Position numbers and translations under genes: made by a program. Positions 14,401-28,464 of a DNA stretch of 64,000 bases are shown here, piece after piece. Source of the stretch: Chrysomallon squamiferum (taxonomy: Eukaryota; Animalia; Mollusca); NCBI GenBank assembly GCA_012295275.1, contig CM022670.1:10230001-10294000 (forward strand), written 5' to 3'. Each line of letters begins with the position of its first letter. Positions within the stretch are counted from its first letter, which is position 1. The notes under the pieces are model-generated. The model saw only the letters and a list, made by a program, of their open reading frames with translations. It was not told the origin of the DNA and did no database searches.

Positions 14401-17400
14401 TTATAATAAAAATATAGAGTAAAGAAAAGTTAAACTATTGACAAAGTTAACATATAAATAGTCAAGAACATATAAATAGTTAAAAAAAAGTAAAAACAAG
14501 CCTAGAAAATCCTAAAAGTGTTCAAAATATAATTTTATATTGAACATTATTTCCACATTTAAAATTATTACTTTTTGTGACTCTTTTGTTTTGAGGCACT
14601 GAAAATGGTCTTCCAAAGGGAAATTTGGATCTGAATGTAGCTGTGGCAGTTCTTCAAGGACCACATACTGTAGGTTTTTTGAAACATTTTAGTGTTATTA
14701 TTATATTATTTATGATTTTTAAAGGAATTGCAGAGATTCTGAATTAGTGTTTTAAATTCTCATACCATTAAAACTAGTATAATTTTCATTGTCTTTAATG
14801 GTATCTGTTTAATCAATTCTGATAATGTTAATTTAATTACCATTTTGTAATATCCATTTATTACTGCCTTTTCTGTCAGTGATTATTTTTTGTTAAATGT
14901 TCACAGAAAAAAGAAATTATAACCAGATATTTAGCTAATGATTTAAAGTATTTCAAAAGATTTAATTAAATCAAAAGAATATAAATGAATATTTAGAATA
15001 TTTAAAAAAAAAGTAATTCATTTGATTTGTAGTATGTGTAAATTTAAAGACATTTAGATTTTAACAAAGAAAATCTATAAACATTTTGAAAATTAATGTA
15101 ATTCTTTAAAATGAATACAGATTAATATCTGTTGTTTAGACTTTTTATGTATTTTGATATATGATCATATTATTTTGAAGAATTAAAAATAATTTCTAAA
15201 TATTTCATGGTCTTCTTTACTGTTATTAAAATTACAGTTTGGTAGAAGTTCTGTTTCATATGGGGATAAATAGTTATTCACTGTTTTGCATTAAATCTTA
15301 CACAGTTACTTCCAAGTTTAGATTAACCAATTTTCTCAGCCAAAAATGGTTTCTTAAAGGTTTAGTCATTCTATTTTATTCTTTGGTAGAATGTCTTAGT
15401 AAAATCTTTTACCTTTTACAATGGTTTTGGTTTTTTATCTTGCTTGATAAAGTATTTATTGTTTGGAATCTTGTCACGTTTAGTTACAGTCAAGGTTCGG
15501 CTCTTCACTTGCCATTGTGGATATCAATCTAGATGGATTCAATGACCTTGCCATTGGCTGTCCAAATTTTGAATCCAAAACAATACCACTTAAGTATCAT
15601 GTGAGTAGAAAATTGCATTTTTATGACCATTTTGTTTCATTATACAAGAAATAATAATTTAAAAAAATAATAATAATAAAAAATTAAAAATACAATATTG
15701 AAATAAATGAAAAGTATTTTAGAGGAATAAGATCTTTTATAAATAAATTTTTTACCTTTCCTTTCCTACTTCTTCACTTTGTATAAATAAATAATAAATA
15801 AATAAATGAAATAAAAATAGATATTTACCTATGTTTTTTTTTCTAACAAATCATCATTTTTGAAAATAATTTTATGATTTAAATCTTTTAGATTAGTTTT
15901 AATTTATCAAATATGGATTAACTATTTTAAGAGTAGTTACTGCTGAAAAACTTGCATATTGATCAGTTAATTGAAATATTGTCTATTGTTTAATTCTCGT
16001 CAGTTTAAAATTATCACTGTGTTATGTTTCATGGCTACAGGGAATGGTGATGGTCTATTATGGGCATCCAGATTCAAGATACAGTCTTACTTCAGTTAAT
16101 ATGACCATTCATTGCAAGGTTCGTTGTTTTAGTAAATGGTAAAAAGATGTTAACAAGATGTTAACAACTTCCCACTGTTGATCCTTTTTATGATATCTAA
16201 GAGCTCTTATAATTTTTCTTAATGTGTTGTCAAATATTCATTCATTTTCTTTGTAGGAGATTTAAATATTTTCCTCAGATACTCACATTTACTTTGCCAG
16301 ATTTGAGAGTCATATGGTTACTGTCAAATAATATTACTGGCTCTTCTTTCTTAAATAATGAATAAAAAGAAATAATTACTTGAGTACAAGAACTGTGTTA
16401 TATAATTACTTGAGTACAAGAACCATATTATAATCATATTAAAATAAAAAAATATTCCACTAGTTTTAGTAAACTAATAATAAAAGCGAGTAGTTTAAGT
16501 TATGCAATGTATATTAATTGAAAAAAATTAATACAGCAATTCTTGGAAAACAAAATATTCTAAATTACAAGTAATATATATATATATTTTTTTTTTACCT
16601 TTCTTAATAGATGTTCATGTTATTTTGAACAGGATCAGTACTGCAATGCTGGCTGGTCACTGGAATCAGGTGATGTGAATAGTGATGGTCATCCAGATCT
16701 CATTCTTGCCTCTCCATTTGCACCTGCAGGTGGCACACAAAGGGGATTTGTAGGAAGCATATTTTCCAGTTCTAAATATCAAGGTTTGTTAGTTATGATT
16801 TAAACAAAAATATATATATTTTTTGTTTTCAATTTTACGATGTCATCATTTCATAAAAAAAAATTCATTATTTATAATTTATTATATATATATATATTTT
16901 TACATTACTTACAATTTTATGATTTCACTATTATTAATAAATTGTAATTTAAAAAAAAGAAGAAATTAACAGTTTAATTTATCCTGAATATCTGCTTTTT
17001 AAACTTATATAATTTCCATTTTTATATTGTTATACTTCTATATCTTGATTACTGATTATTGATGATACTTATAATCAGTAAATTTTTGTTTCTTTATAAC
17101 CCATTTCATTTTTGAGTTGTATCTGTAAGGAAAATGTATCTGTTTCAAATTTGTAAATAATATTTCATTCCTCACTTATGCATTCCTGACATTTATCTGA
17201 TGGCAGATATTTGTATGTATTTTATTTTTTAAATTATTTTTTTCATTTTTATTTTTAAATTAAATTACATATTTTATAAAGTGAATATAATTTGATTTGT
17301 TCCATTTTCAGGTCCAAGAACTATTCTTTCTGTTTCTGATATGGATTGGATTGATAAAGGAAAACAGGTATTAAAAATCACACTGTAGTGAGTTTTACCA

Positions 17401-17434
17401 ATAATGTGTTACTCGATATTATTTGATTTTTTGA

Positions 17435-17474
<40 letters not shown>

Positions 17475-20400
17475 TTAAAGTTCTAATAAAACTGTTTTGC
17501 ATGTGGCATTCTATTTACATGTTTTTGCATGTGGCAAATCCAATATTTTTTTTTTGTAAATTTCTTCATCAAGTATATAGCATTTCTTTTATTTAGCCCT
17601 TACCCTATCATTGCACTTTATGTTTCATTCATTTTTGATTTCATCCAATATCATGTGAATGCCATTATAGGATTTTGCTTGGCTTGGTCATAAAATAAAA
17701 TACACTGAACATCCAAATGGAGTTAAAGTACTGTTTGCCAGTCAACCAACCTTCAGAAAATGTGCAAGGTGAGATCCTAGGCTTGGCTTTATCCTTGTAT
17801 AAGGGTTGTTTTTTGGCAGAATTTTCAGAAAAGAAATTCTGTGATATATGAATAATTTCCTCATAAGCATAATGTTTTTGATATTTTGGCATTTAATGGA
17901 AGAACAAGAATAAAATATAATTTATCTTCCTGTGCATGAAACAGATACCGATTTTACAGATGTTTGAAAATAATTGCATGTTTTTGATAATTAATAACTA
18001 ATATCTACTTTCATTTTTCATATTAACCAAATATTTAAACCAATACACAGAATTTAGATACAAGTTACTTATTTTAATCTGTTTATTATTTTGAAAACCA
18101 TAAGAAATTTAAATATTTCATTAAATTTCATGTATAATTTTATATTCTTTAAAAACATTTTATGAAGATTTGAATGTTTAAGAAAAAATAATTTTTAGAA
18201 CTGAAAAAGAAGCATTTTACTAAGTAAGTTTTCTAAGGAACTATTTTAATTCTAGCAGTGATTAGTAAAATGTCTTCAAAGTGAGAAAGTAAATAGTAAC
18301 ATTAATTTTACAATTTAGGTTTTCCAGGGAACTGTTCTAATGCAAGTTCATATACAGTAAATGTTCTCCAAAGTGAGAAATACATGTAATAATATTAAAT
18401 TTAAAATTTAGGTTGCTACTGTATAATTCAGTATTATGAAATCAGTGTTCTTTGGCACACAGTAAAAATGGCAGACATTTTAACATTTTTGTTTTCCCTT
18501 TTTTCCTTTTTTTTTTAAAAAAACTTGAAGACCTGACTGTGCTATTAATGTGAATGACACACAAAGTATTGGTCAGTTTTCTATGTATTTTCTACCTGTG
18601 AGAAAAACAATGACCACTGTCCAGTTATCAGGAATTCATCACTTTGAACAGTATGGCTACAGCTTTGACATTGGAAAACCGTATGCTGATGGATCAGCCA
18701 TTTTGGCTGTTGGATCAGTAGATGAAGGTGAATTAACACATATTGAAATTATAGAAATTTCCTGACATTATTTGAAAAGATAGCTGTCCTCTGTGAAATA
18801 CATTAATATTTTTCAGAAATCCTGTAGGTTTTTTTTGTTTTGTTTTTTATCCCATATTAATACTTCCTTCAGATTATATTTTAATGGTCCATTATATTAT
18901 ATTTTGACAGCTATTTGTTAAATGTGTGTGCAATAAATAATACTTTTAGACCAATATTTTAACAATAAAGAATATTTCAATGACTCTTGAAATGAGAGAA
19001 AAAATAAAGATCAAATAACATGTAACTAAAATGTTTTTGGAGATATTACAGCCAGTTATCTTTCAACCATCTATCTAAGCACTACTTGTTCTAAACATCA
19101 TGATTAAATTTTCATTTTTATTGACATCACTAAGCCTTACATTACATTAAAATCCTTTACTGTATTGTTGTATTTAAACAAAATAATTTAAAACATGTTT
19201 CAACATTAAAAGATTATTTATTATGATCTTTTTGCTTATTTATGTTTGACATTTTGATTATCAGAATATTTTTTTAATTTTTTCTATTTTTCCCCAGATG
19301 TAAAAGGACATGTTTTAGATTTTCCAATCATTTTTACTGAAGCTGGTCGAGTTCACTTATACAACATCACCAACATCAAATCAACTCCTTATAAGGAAAT
19401 AGCAACATTTGATAGTGACAGACGATACAGTCGTTTTGGCACTCATGTTAAAGTATGTTTGTTATTTAGTCTTCACTGCAGTTCAGTGGTTAATTCTGAA
19501 TTTATTTTTCAGTGTTTAAAAATGTAAAACAATTTAATACTTCTTTTTTTTTTTTTAATTCAGACTTATTTAGAAGTTATCTTTAGACTTTTGAATGAAA
19601 AAGTTTTATTTTTTAATTTTTTTTTTTTTTACAAAGAAATCTTTTGAAACTGGTTTTCACTTTTGTGTAATTTTTGGCCAGTTCTTATAACATTTCTGGA
19701 CATTTAAAGCTTATATATTAAAGGAAGTATTTTATTTACTATATCTTTTTAATTATCAAGATATTTTTTTTGAGTAAATTCATGAGTTGTTTAATCTTGG
19801 CTTTGGTTTCTTCAAGGTTTTTAGGCTGTAATTTTGTTATCATTTATGATCAGAAATTCAGATAAAACAGCCAGTTTTTGAACATTGTAATGTTTTTATT
19901 TTATTTCTTATTAAAACAGTTCTCTGATCTCAATGGAGATAATTATGATGACCTGATCATTACAGTTCCTTTAAGAACAACAGATCCTAGTGAGGAAATT
20001 ACAGGAGGTAAAAAGTTCAGTGTTTAAATCAAGGGTTTGTGATTTATAATGTATCATTTTAATTTCTTTAATTCCTATGATACTAATGGTCCAAAAAGAA
20101 AAAAAAAAAAAAAAAAAGAAATTAATAATAATTATAATAAAAAAATTTAAAAATTAAAAGTTAAAAAAACAAATAAAGAAAAAAAAAAAAAAACTGAATT
20201 AAATAAAAACAGAAAATAAATAATACATAGAAGAAAAAAAATAGTAATAATAAAAAAGTTAAAATGGAAGTTATTTTTGTAGATGCATTAAATAATTATA
20301 ATTAATTATTGTAATTTCTATAAAAAAAATGTAAAAAAAAATATGAATTCTTTCATTATACTTCTTACAGCTGAAGAAGGAAGAGTATATGTTTTCTTTG

Positions 20401-21852
20401 GAGGAGCCAATTTTCCTGTTGGTCAGAAAGTCAATATTAACTGTGGTGAAGAAGCCATTATTGAACCATGTCCAGGCTTAAAGGTGTGTATATAAATACA
20501 AATAAATAGAGTCTAGAAAAAGTCTTATAAAGAGTATTTTTGTCAGTTTTATTGTGTATGCATAGAATGTAGTTTTAAAAACTCATTTAAAATTTTGTTT
20601 TTAAAACTTGAATCAAAACATGTTCATGTTCTGTATCATTAGTCCAAGATTTATTTATATTGTATTTTTATAATCTTTTATTTATTTATTTTGTTCCCCT
20701 TTATTTATTTTATGTTTTTTTTTTTTTTTTTTTTTTATCAAGATACTTAAAAAAAGGAAGTTTGTTTGGAAATTTTATTTTTTTAAACATTCCTTTTATT
20801 ACAAATATTTTCCTTGTTCTGTTTAAAATGCAGAAAGGAGTTGTCTCCCTTGACAGTCAGTTAATTATCAGTGTAATTATTATATTTTACACACATGGCA
20901 CAGTGGCTGTTTTTTTTAGTTATGGTTTAAATTGCATAATAAATGTAATGAGTTCATTGTCAGTAGATTTTTAGTATTTCTTTTATAACGAATTCAAAGA
21001 AATGCAGGAGTATTTATTTACTTTCTCTTATTTTAGGCCTCAGTTGAACTGAAATTAAATGAAGAAAAGGCTCGATTTGGGTCCAATGTTGCAGTTCTAA
21101 AGAGCAAACGAAATGTATGTATGTTGTGAATGAGTAACCTTAGTTTTCTTATTATTCTTTTTTATTATTAAAATTATTAAGATAATTCAGTCTAGTCAGA
21201 AACAACAGACACACAACACAGAAACATATAAATAATATAAAACATGAGAAATATTCTTAGTAAATAATATAGAAAAACAAAAAACTGTTTCAAAGGTAAG
21301 AATACACAGCATTTCATTAAGAATGTAAAAGTAAACAACGAACATCTCAGTTTAAATGTAATTTTAAAAAACTGTAATAAATTCTGAGTAAAGTTAGGTT
21401 TATTGTTTTTACTGTGTTTCAGTGTCTGGATGTTATTATTTTTCTAATTTAGAAATACTGAAAAAGCTCTATTTTTACTTTATTTTATATTATTTTTTTG
21501 TGTTTCACACAAGCCCTGATTTGCTTTTGCTTGTTTTCATATATCATGTCTCATTTTGAAATTGTCTTACTGATTAAAATAAAATAAAAAATCATAATCA
21601 AAATTTAATTTAAAAATGATAACAAAAAAAAAAAAAAAAAAATATATAATTTAAAAAAAGAAAAGAAATCTTTTGGGTTTCTGTTGTGTTTTCTTCAGTA
21701 TAAGGAAATGTATTTTGTAAACCATATAATTTTGTTTTTATGTTTTTAATTTGCAGACAAATCTGATTGTCAGTGCCATTCACAGTTCAGCAGGAGAGAG
21801 GCTGTCAGGGGAGGTCTTAGTGTACAGTTTTCCAAGAAAAAACTACCATTGA
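7867..21852 (+). CDS. GPLD1: Phosphatidylinositol-glycan-specific phospholipase D (GPI-PLD), 25 coding exons, ~856 aa
   Basis: Phase-consistent GT-AG exons: 7867-7963, 8498-8553, 8826-8904, 9176-9273, 9920-10030, 10671-10719, 11029-11089, 11563-11670, 12190-12217, 12349-12488, 12790-12985, 13309-13442, 13903-14015, 14596-14669, 15484(or 15490)-15600, 16041-16118, 16633-16783, 17312-17367, 17671-17768, 18531-18727, 19298-19452, 19920-20007, 20371-20483, 21037-21114, 21757-21852 (2571 nt, ends TGA). Translation: signal peptide, then CGLSTHIEISHRA, HQDAFQAGSPYPD, SEDTHWTPF, SHQVADILWH, AHSVGDFGGD (Zn-dependent PLC/P1-like domain). FG-GAP repeats follow (GDLNHDGFDDLAIGAPG, DINLDGFNDLAIGCP, GDVNSDGHPDLILASPF, DLNGDNYDDLIITVP). 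These match my knowledge of mammalian GPLD1. Confidence 0.96.
9004..9088. repeat. (CT)n(AT)n compound microsatellite, GPLD1 intron 3
   Basis: Direct observation. Confidence 0.95.
11300..11360. repeat. 26-bp perfect tandem duplication (2.3 copies), GPLD1 intron 7
   Basis: AGTGACAGATATTGATAAAACCAATC twice, plus AGTGACAGA. Confidence 0.9.
16372..16432. repeat. 30-bp tandem duplication, GPLD1 intron 16
   Basis: ATAATTACTTGAGTACAAGAAC repeated at a 30-nt period. Confidence 0.85.
18268..18414. repeat. Diverged ~92-bp-period duplication, GPLD1 intron 19
   Basis: AAATGT..CAAAGTGAGAAA...AATTTAGGTT occurs twice. Confidence 0.7.
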
Positions 21853-24084
21853 TTAGTATACCCACTAAAATGACCTGCAATGTGAAATAAATATGTAAAA
21901 AAAAAAAAAACTAAAGAATGTAAAAAATAACAATAATAATAAAAAAAAAAAAATAAATATTAATAATAAAAAAAAAAAAAAAAAATATTGGGAAAAAAAA
22001 AAAATCAAAAAATCAAAAAAAAAAATCACAAAAACAAACCCAACAACCCAACCCACATATTTTTATTTATTTATTTATTTATTTATATATATCTTTTATT
22101 TACATTGTAAAATATTACTGTGCCAGAACCATGATGGGACTATTTGTATACGCAATCCTTGAAAACAACTGACTGAATACTGCAGTATTATTTATTTTAA
22201 CTTTTTCCCTTAATACAGTCTTTCATTTATATTTTGAAATATTCTTACTAATTAAAATTTAAGTATGCTGAACATAAAATTGCCTTGGGAAATGTTCTGA
22301 ATAACATTTTTCAATTTTGTTGTTATTATTTTAAGTTTAATAATTTAGAAAATCACATACAATCACTCCCACTACTAAACTCTTCTCTTTTGTGTTTTAT
22401 TTTTCATTAGTTTTTTTATACATTTGAATAATATTTACCCGTTTTTTTTTTTTTAGTTTTTATGTAAATTATTATTTTTATTGTGTATTGTACACAGTTT
22501 GTAGATAGATTTACAAAATGCCTAAAATGTGTTAATTTATTTCTTATTTCAACTGCAGCTCTGAAGTGAATATTTTTAAAAATAAATATTTATATAGAAT
22601 TTCATTTTATATGTGCATTAATGTGCTCATTTGATATATAAAATATATAATTTATAATTTATATCAAAATATGCATGATTTTATTATGAACAGCATTATT
22701 TTATTATCAGTTATGGTTATTAAGATTAGAAATATTGCGTTAGTGAACATCTATTTTTTTAAAGTTTTTATATTTTAATAATTTATACATTTTCACATCC
22801 ATGTTGGTATTTTATTTGAACAAGGCTATATATGTGTGTCCTTGTGTGTGTGTATGTATAAATATATATATATATATTTTTTATTTTTTTAAACTTATTT
22901 CATGTTGTTATTTGTATTGATGCTTGAATCATAGTACAATTCTGCTATAAAAACCACAATGTCCAGACATGAAAATTTAAGAGTTTAGAACTCTTTTTGA
23001 AATCTTCAAAAGATACAAAACAAAAAATGGTTTGTATGATTAGGACTACAGCCAGATCTCTTTACATTGCCTTTTGGCATACCACCGTTCCTGGTATCAC
23101 CCAAATAATGCTTGGTCAAATGTAATTAGATACACATTAATTTATCTTGTTTTACTGACTCCTGCCATCTGCTATACATCATCATCCACCAAAACATATT
23201 TTGTAGTGGTGTATTCTGAGGCTTGGTGCATGTACTAATAAATTAATCATTGGCAGACATTTTGATCTTTATTTTACAAAATGTTCTGTGTTGCATAATT
23301 TATACATGTTGTTTATGATAAATTAATTAATGTATTTATACAAAACTCAGTGTTTTATTAATAAAAAAATGATCAGGTTTCAGATAAAACATTTTGTTGT
23401 TATCCTGATATAATTTGTGAAATTTGATGAGATGTTGAACAATTTACTGATCTGTGGAAAATGATTATAATTATGCTACCTTTCGTGCATCTAGGGTTGT
23501 CCCTCAAAGAAAACAAACTCAAAATGTAGAAAATAATAAAAGTTTATACAGTGTACATCTATAGCACTTATAATACAATGGAAATATGAACACAAGATAA
23601 AATATAAAATTCAAAATGATTTGTAAATATGAATTGTGTGGGGTATAAAGATAAAATTGATTTGCACATCAAAAGTTTAGACAGAAAATATTTATGAAAA
23701 ACAAAAAAAATAACCCAACAAATAACAGTGGAATAAATAACAAATATAACAAATTGGTTATAAAAACCCAAACCATATCAAATATAACACATAGTATGTA
23801 TATACTATAATTTTTAGTAAATGCCCTTCTAATTTTTTTTCATAAAATTGGGATCTATTTGGAGGGAGAGAAATAATCTTAAAAAGAAGAGGATGTACAT
23901 TTTATCAGTCCTGCAAGCTGATATACATAATTAAAAATACAGAGAAGCATATCTGCAATAGCTCGCATTTATAGTCAAAAAGGAGATGTTATAAATTTAC
24001 AAAAAAAAAAAATTATATATATATATGTATATATAATTGTTCAAAATGGCTTGTAAAATACTAAATTAAAAAAACAATTAGTAA

Positions 24085-24131
<47 letters not shown>

Positions 24132-24256
24132 CACCTATACTAGCTGTATTTTATCCTGGCATTAAATGGGATTATTAGGTATTATGAATAATCTGTATTA
24201 TTATTATTCTTTTTGGGTGTTTCTCCCCATGTATTTACACTTCTTGTTAAACAGTA

Positions 24257-24656
24257 TTACTGACCTGTCCATTGATTAAACAGCATTTCATGTTTTTTAT
24301 TCTCAAAATGTGGACAAAGTCAATTTTTACAATATCTGAAAAACCCTCGTCCAGCGAAGGTTTTTCAAAGTTTTTGTTGTACACGGCATACGCCACATCC
24401 GGTATTCTGCGAGTCTGTCCTTCCGTCATGTTTTGACGAACAAAGTTGAGATGATGAGCTAATTCCAGTGGTGTCTGCATCACAAAACAGCGACTCGGAA
24501 TACCTGAGAAAGAGCAACCTGTAATTTATCACACATCCCTTTGAAGTGTGTTTCATTACCAATGTATTAATTAATCTTATCTCTCTGATTTATCCCTTAT
24601 GTGCCTCAACTGACAGTTATCAGATTATATGTACACACTGCTTTAGACAATACAAA

Positions 24657-24693
<37 letters not shown>

Positions 24694-27600
24694 AATTAAA
24701 ATGTATGTAAAAGATAAGGATCCTGTATCCAAAATTTTGAAATCTGAAACTTTTTGCAAGTTTCAGATGGTTTAGCATATACAAAAATTAATTCATGCAT
24801 GAAATTATTATGAATATTATATTTAAAAAGAAATCCTAGAGACTGTCTAAATATGAAATATAAATGGAATCTGTGTTTAGATTTAAATCCTATTCTCTGA
24901 TTTCCTTATCTTCTAAAATCAAAACATTCCCAAATCTAATTTCAGAGGGACCATCAACCTGTAGATGTATATCCTACATTTAAAATATATTAACTCAGCC
25001 ACTCATAAAGTAATAATGTAAAGGGTGGGAGATAGGAATCAAATGATCAAAATGCTGAATTTGGTTTTGACTGTCATAAACCCATAATTTTGTATGTTCA
25101 TTTAAACAATGGTAACAAAAGAAAAAAGAAAAAAGTAAATAAAGCTATTTAAAAAGAGAAAATTTAAATATTGTGTTTACAGGTGATTTGCATCGGTATA
25201 AATTAAAATTAAAATTATATAAAAATGTATTTTCCAATGTATTTTTGATTAATGGAAAATGATTTTCTTACCTGTGTGTTTTGCAAGATCTAAAAAATCT
25301 TTTCTTGATTTCCTACTGGGATTTGTGTTGTCAACAACAACACTTTTGCCAGAAGCTAGGGTTTCCTTGGCCACCTGAAGTTGAACCATAACATAATTAT
25401 GTTGTATATTTTGTTTAAATACAAAACAAATGTAGAAGTTTTTTTTTAATAAAATTGTGCTGACTCATTTAAACAGTATGTGTACATGCATAACTGGGAT
25501 TGCTAAAACAAAAACACTGGCATATACTTTAAGTTTTATTTTAATATATTTCTGTTTCTGAATTGTAAAAAGTATTCACCAAATTTGGAATAATTAGTAC
25601 TGCAAAAGAACTGTGGTATGGTTTTATGAATATAGCAGTAATGAAAGAATGATTGTTTACTTAACAATACTTCATATGTTTAAATTAAATTTCAGTATCT
25701 CAATCTGTAATAATATTTTTTCTATTCAGTTAGTTCATGAGATCTTTTACTGGTACCCTTCTGTAGAGAGGAAAAATATATATCACCAGTCACATGGTTG
25801 ATATGGGTTATATTCAAATGGTTGTATTCAGAATCCTCTGATCAACAGGTAACTCAAGCAGGGTGCAGCAGAAACAGACTTAGTCTCTCATAATAGCATT
25901 AATAACACCTAATAACAATTAATATAAAAATATATGGTTTACATTTTGTAACAAACATTCAAAGTAATGTTTGCTGGATGAGAAATGACAGAAAGTAGTG
26001 TACAGAAATGTTTTACTTAACGACACATTCAGCACTTTGCATTACAGTTAAGGCTCACTCAGATAACGAGAGAAGAGAATGACTACTGAGAAATAAGAGA
26101 ATTACCTTAATACATTTTGCCTGAGTTCCCACTGTGTCTCTGTTGACAGCAACATATCCAAATGGTTCCAGGAACTGTTTTCTAAAAGAAGTTTTACCAC
26201 AAGCTGGTGGACCAACCATTATAATCATTTCCTGGGCCTGAAAAATACAATAACTTATTAAAATTTCAGAAATAAAAAAATTAAAAATTAAAATTTAAAA
26301 CTAAATAAAAAGAATGACAAAATTGAATATGTTTTTTTGTAAATAATATTTAATATAAAAACAAAACATATATGAGCAACAAACATGCAAACACACACAC
26401 CCATACATAAAACAATAATAAAAATGTATAAACACATTTTTATAATGAAAAATGTAGTTCCAAATAAATAAATAAATTATAAAGTAAATGGTACTTACAT
26501 CTTTATGGTACAAAATCTTCCCACTAGGACGAGATTTAGTCAAAAATGCAACAGGATCAAAAGATCCCCATTCAAAAGGAGCTGCTGGCTTCCCCAAAAA
26601 GAACTCGTCAGGAGTGGAGAACTCTGCAAGATTTATTTACAGTCAATAAATGTACAAAGTAAACAACAGCATATTTGATTAATGTTATATTTTTATGAGT
26701 GCCATATAATATTCTCTTTTCATTTAATAGCATGGAATTGTTTGTATATACTTAATGCCATTTTGTGGCCATATTGTGGAGTTCATGGTATATCCAAATT
26801 TTCTTGTTTTGGTTTTTTAATCCAGTATTTAAGTGTGTGTTTGAACTTTTATGTATATGTCTATGAATATACCAGTTTTTTTGCAGATTTTTTTTTTGTG
26901 TATCTACATATGTATGTGTATCCCATATAGCATAAAAAAATTAACATGAATGTGAGTGTATATTTTCAAGTGAATATGTATGTGTATTTTTATATATACT
27001 TGTGTACATACTGATTCCTATGTTTGCAGCAAACATTCTATCACTACAAGAGAAATCTTTAGGTTTTCCTGGTGCCCATCCTTTTTGTCTCCCTGCTGCA
27101 TCTCCAACATAGAAACACTGTTTAAGATTAACCTAAAAATAATTTTTTAAAACATTATGTAGATGATTAGTAAAACTTTCTTTGAAATTTTGATATTTTC
27201 TTAATCAGTCTAGGTACCTGTTTTCTTCTTGAAATATTTTTAAAAACTGAATTATGGGAAATGTGTAAAGCAAAAACTAGTAAATTGATGGCTTCAGCAA
27301 TAAATAAAATTTCCTAGCTGAATTGTGCCTAACTTAAACTAAACAGAAGTATAGCTGTGGCTTCAGATTTTTATAATTATTACTTAAGATTACATGCTGA
27401 ACAACATTAACGTTATTAACTGTAAATTAGTTTTTATACTGGGTAGAGAATACATAAAGTCAAAACCTTTTAAGGTCAATGTCAAAGATTAAATAAACTG
27501 ACCTTGACACTGCCATTGCAGTTTTTAACAAAATAGTCCCACATGGCTGTGTTTGGTTTGCGGTAGTTATTGGTTCCAGTACAAATAAATACCTGAAAAT

Positions 27601-27828
27601 ATTTTAAAAGTGATATTTTAATGAATTAATTTATATTATCATAAAAATAATTGTTAAAAACAAATAAAAAGTCTGTCCCATTTAATTAATCATATGTATA
27701 TTAGTAGCATTTGAAAAGATAAAAATGTGGTATTAGGTAAAATAAAATAAAATTAATGTTAAGAAAGTTACTATATTTCCCAAACAACAGCAAAAAAAAA
27801 AAAAAAATAATAATAATAATAAAAAAAA

Positions 27829-27862
<34 letters not shown>

Positions 27863-28362
27863 TAAAAAAATAATGAAAATTTAATAATTAAAAAAATAGA
27901 AAAAATAATAGATATATATATATATAAAAATAAAGTAATTTTTGATATTAATGTAAAAATCACTTTTTATTAGTGGACGGCATCAGCTGACAGAAGGTTC
28001 AAATTTTACTGTGAGGTGTAACATTGTTTAAGGCAGTGAAACGTTACAGGTTGGAACACGAAAAATGTCATTGAACATGCTAGGTTCACCTGTATTGGAA
28101 TAGCCAATTGGCTGATGATATTTTCAATCTTGTCCTTGATTTCTGTTGGACTGACTTTCTGTTTCTCAATGCCAGACTGGTTGGTGAAAAAAACAACTCT
28201 GTAATTATCTGAGTCCAGTGATTTTATCTTTGATGGAACGACATCATCCCACCATTTCCAGTCTGCAGAACCTTTGACAATAAAATAACTTTAAAGTCCT
28301 AAAGTTTATACTTAGATTATTTTTATAAATAATAATAATAATAATAAGAAGAAGAAGAAGAT

Positions 28363-28393
<31 letters not shown>

Positions 28394-28414
28394 AAGAAGA
28401 AGAAGAAGAAGAAG

Positions 28415-28464
<50 letters not shown>

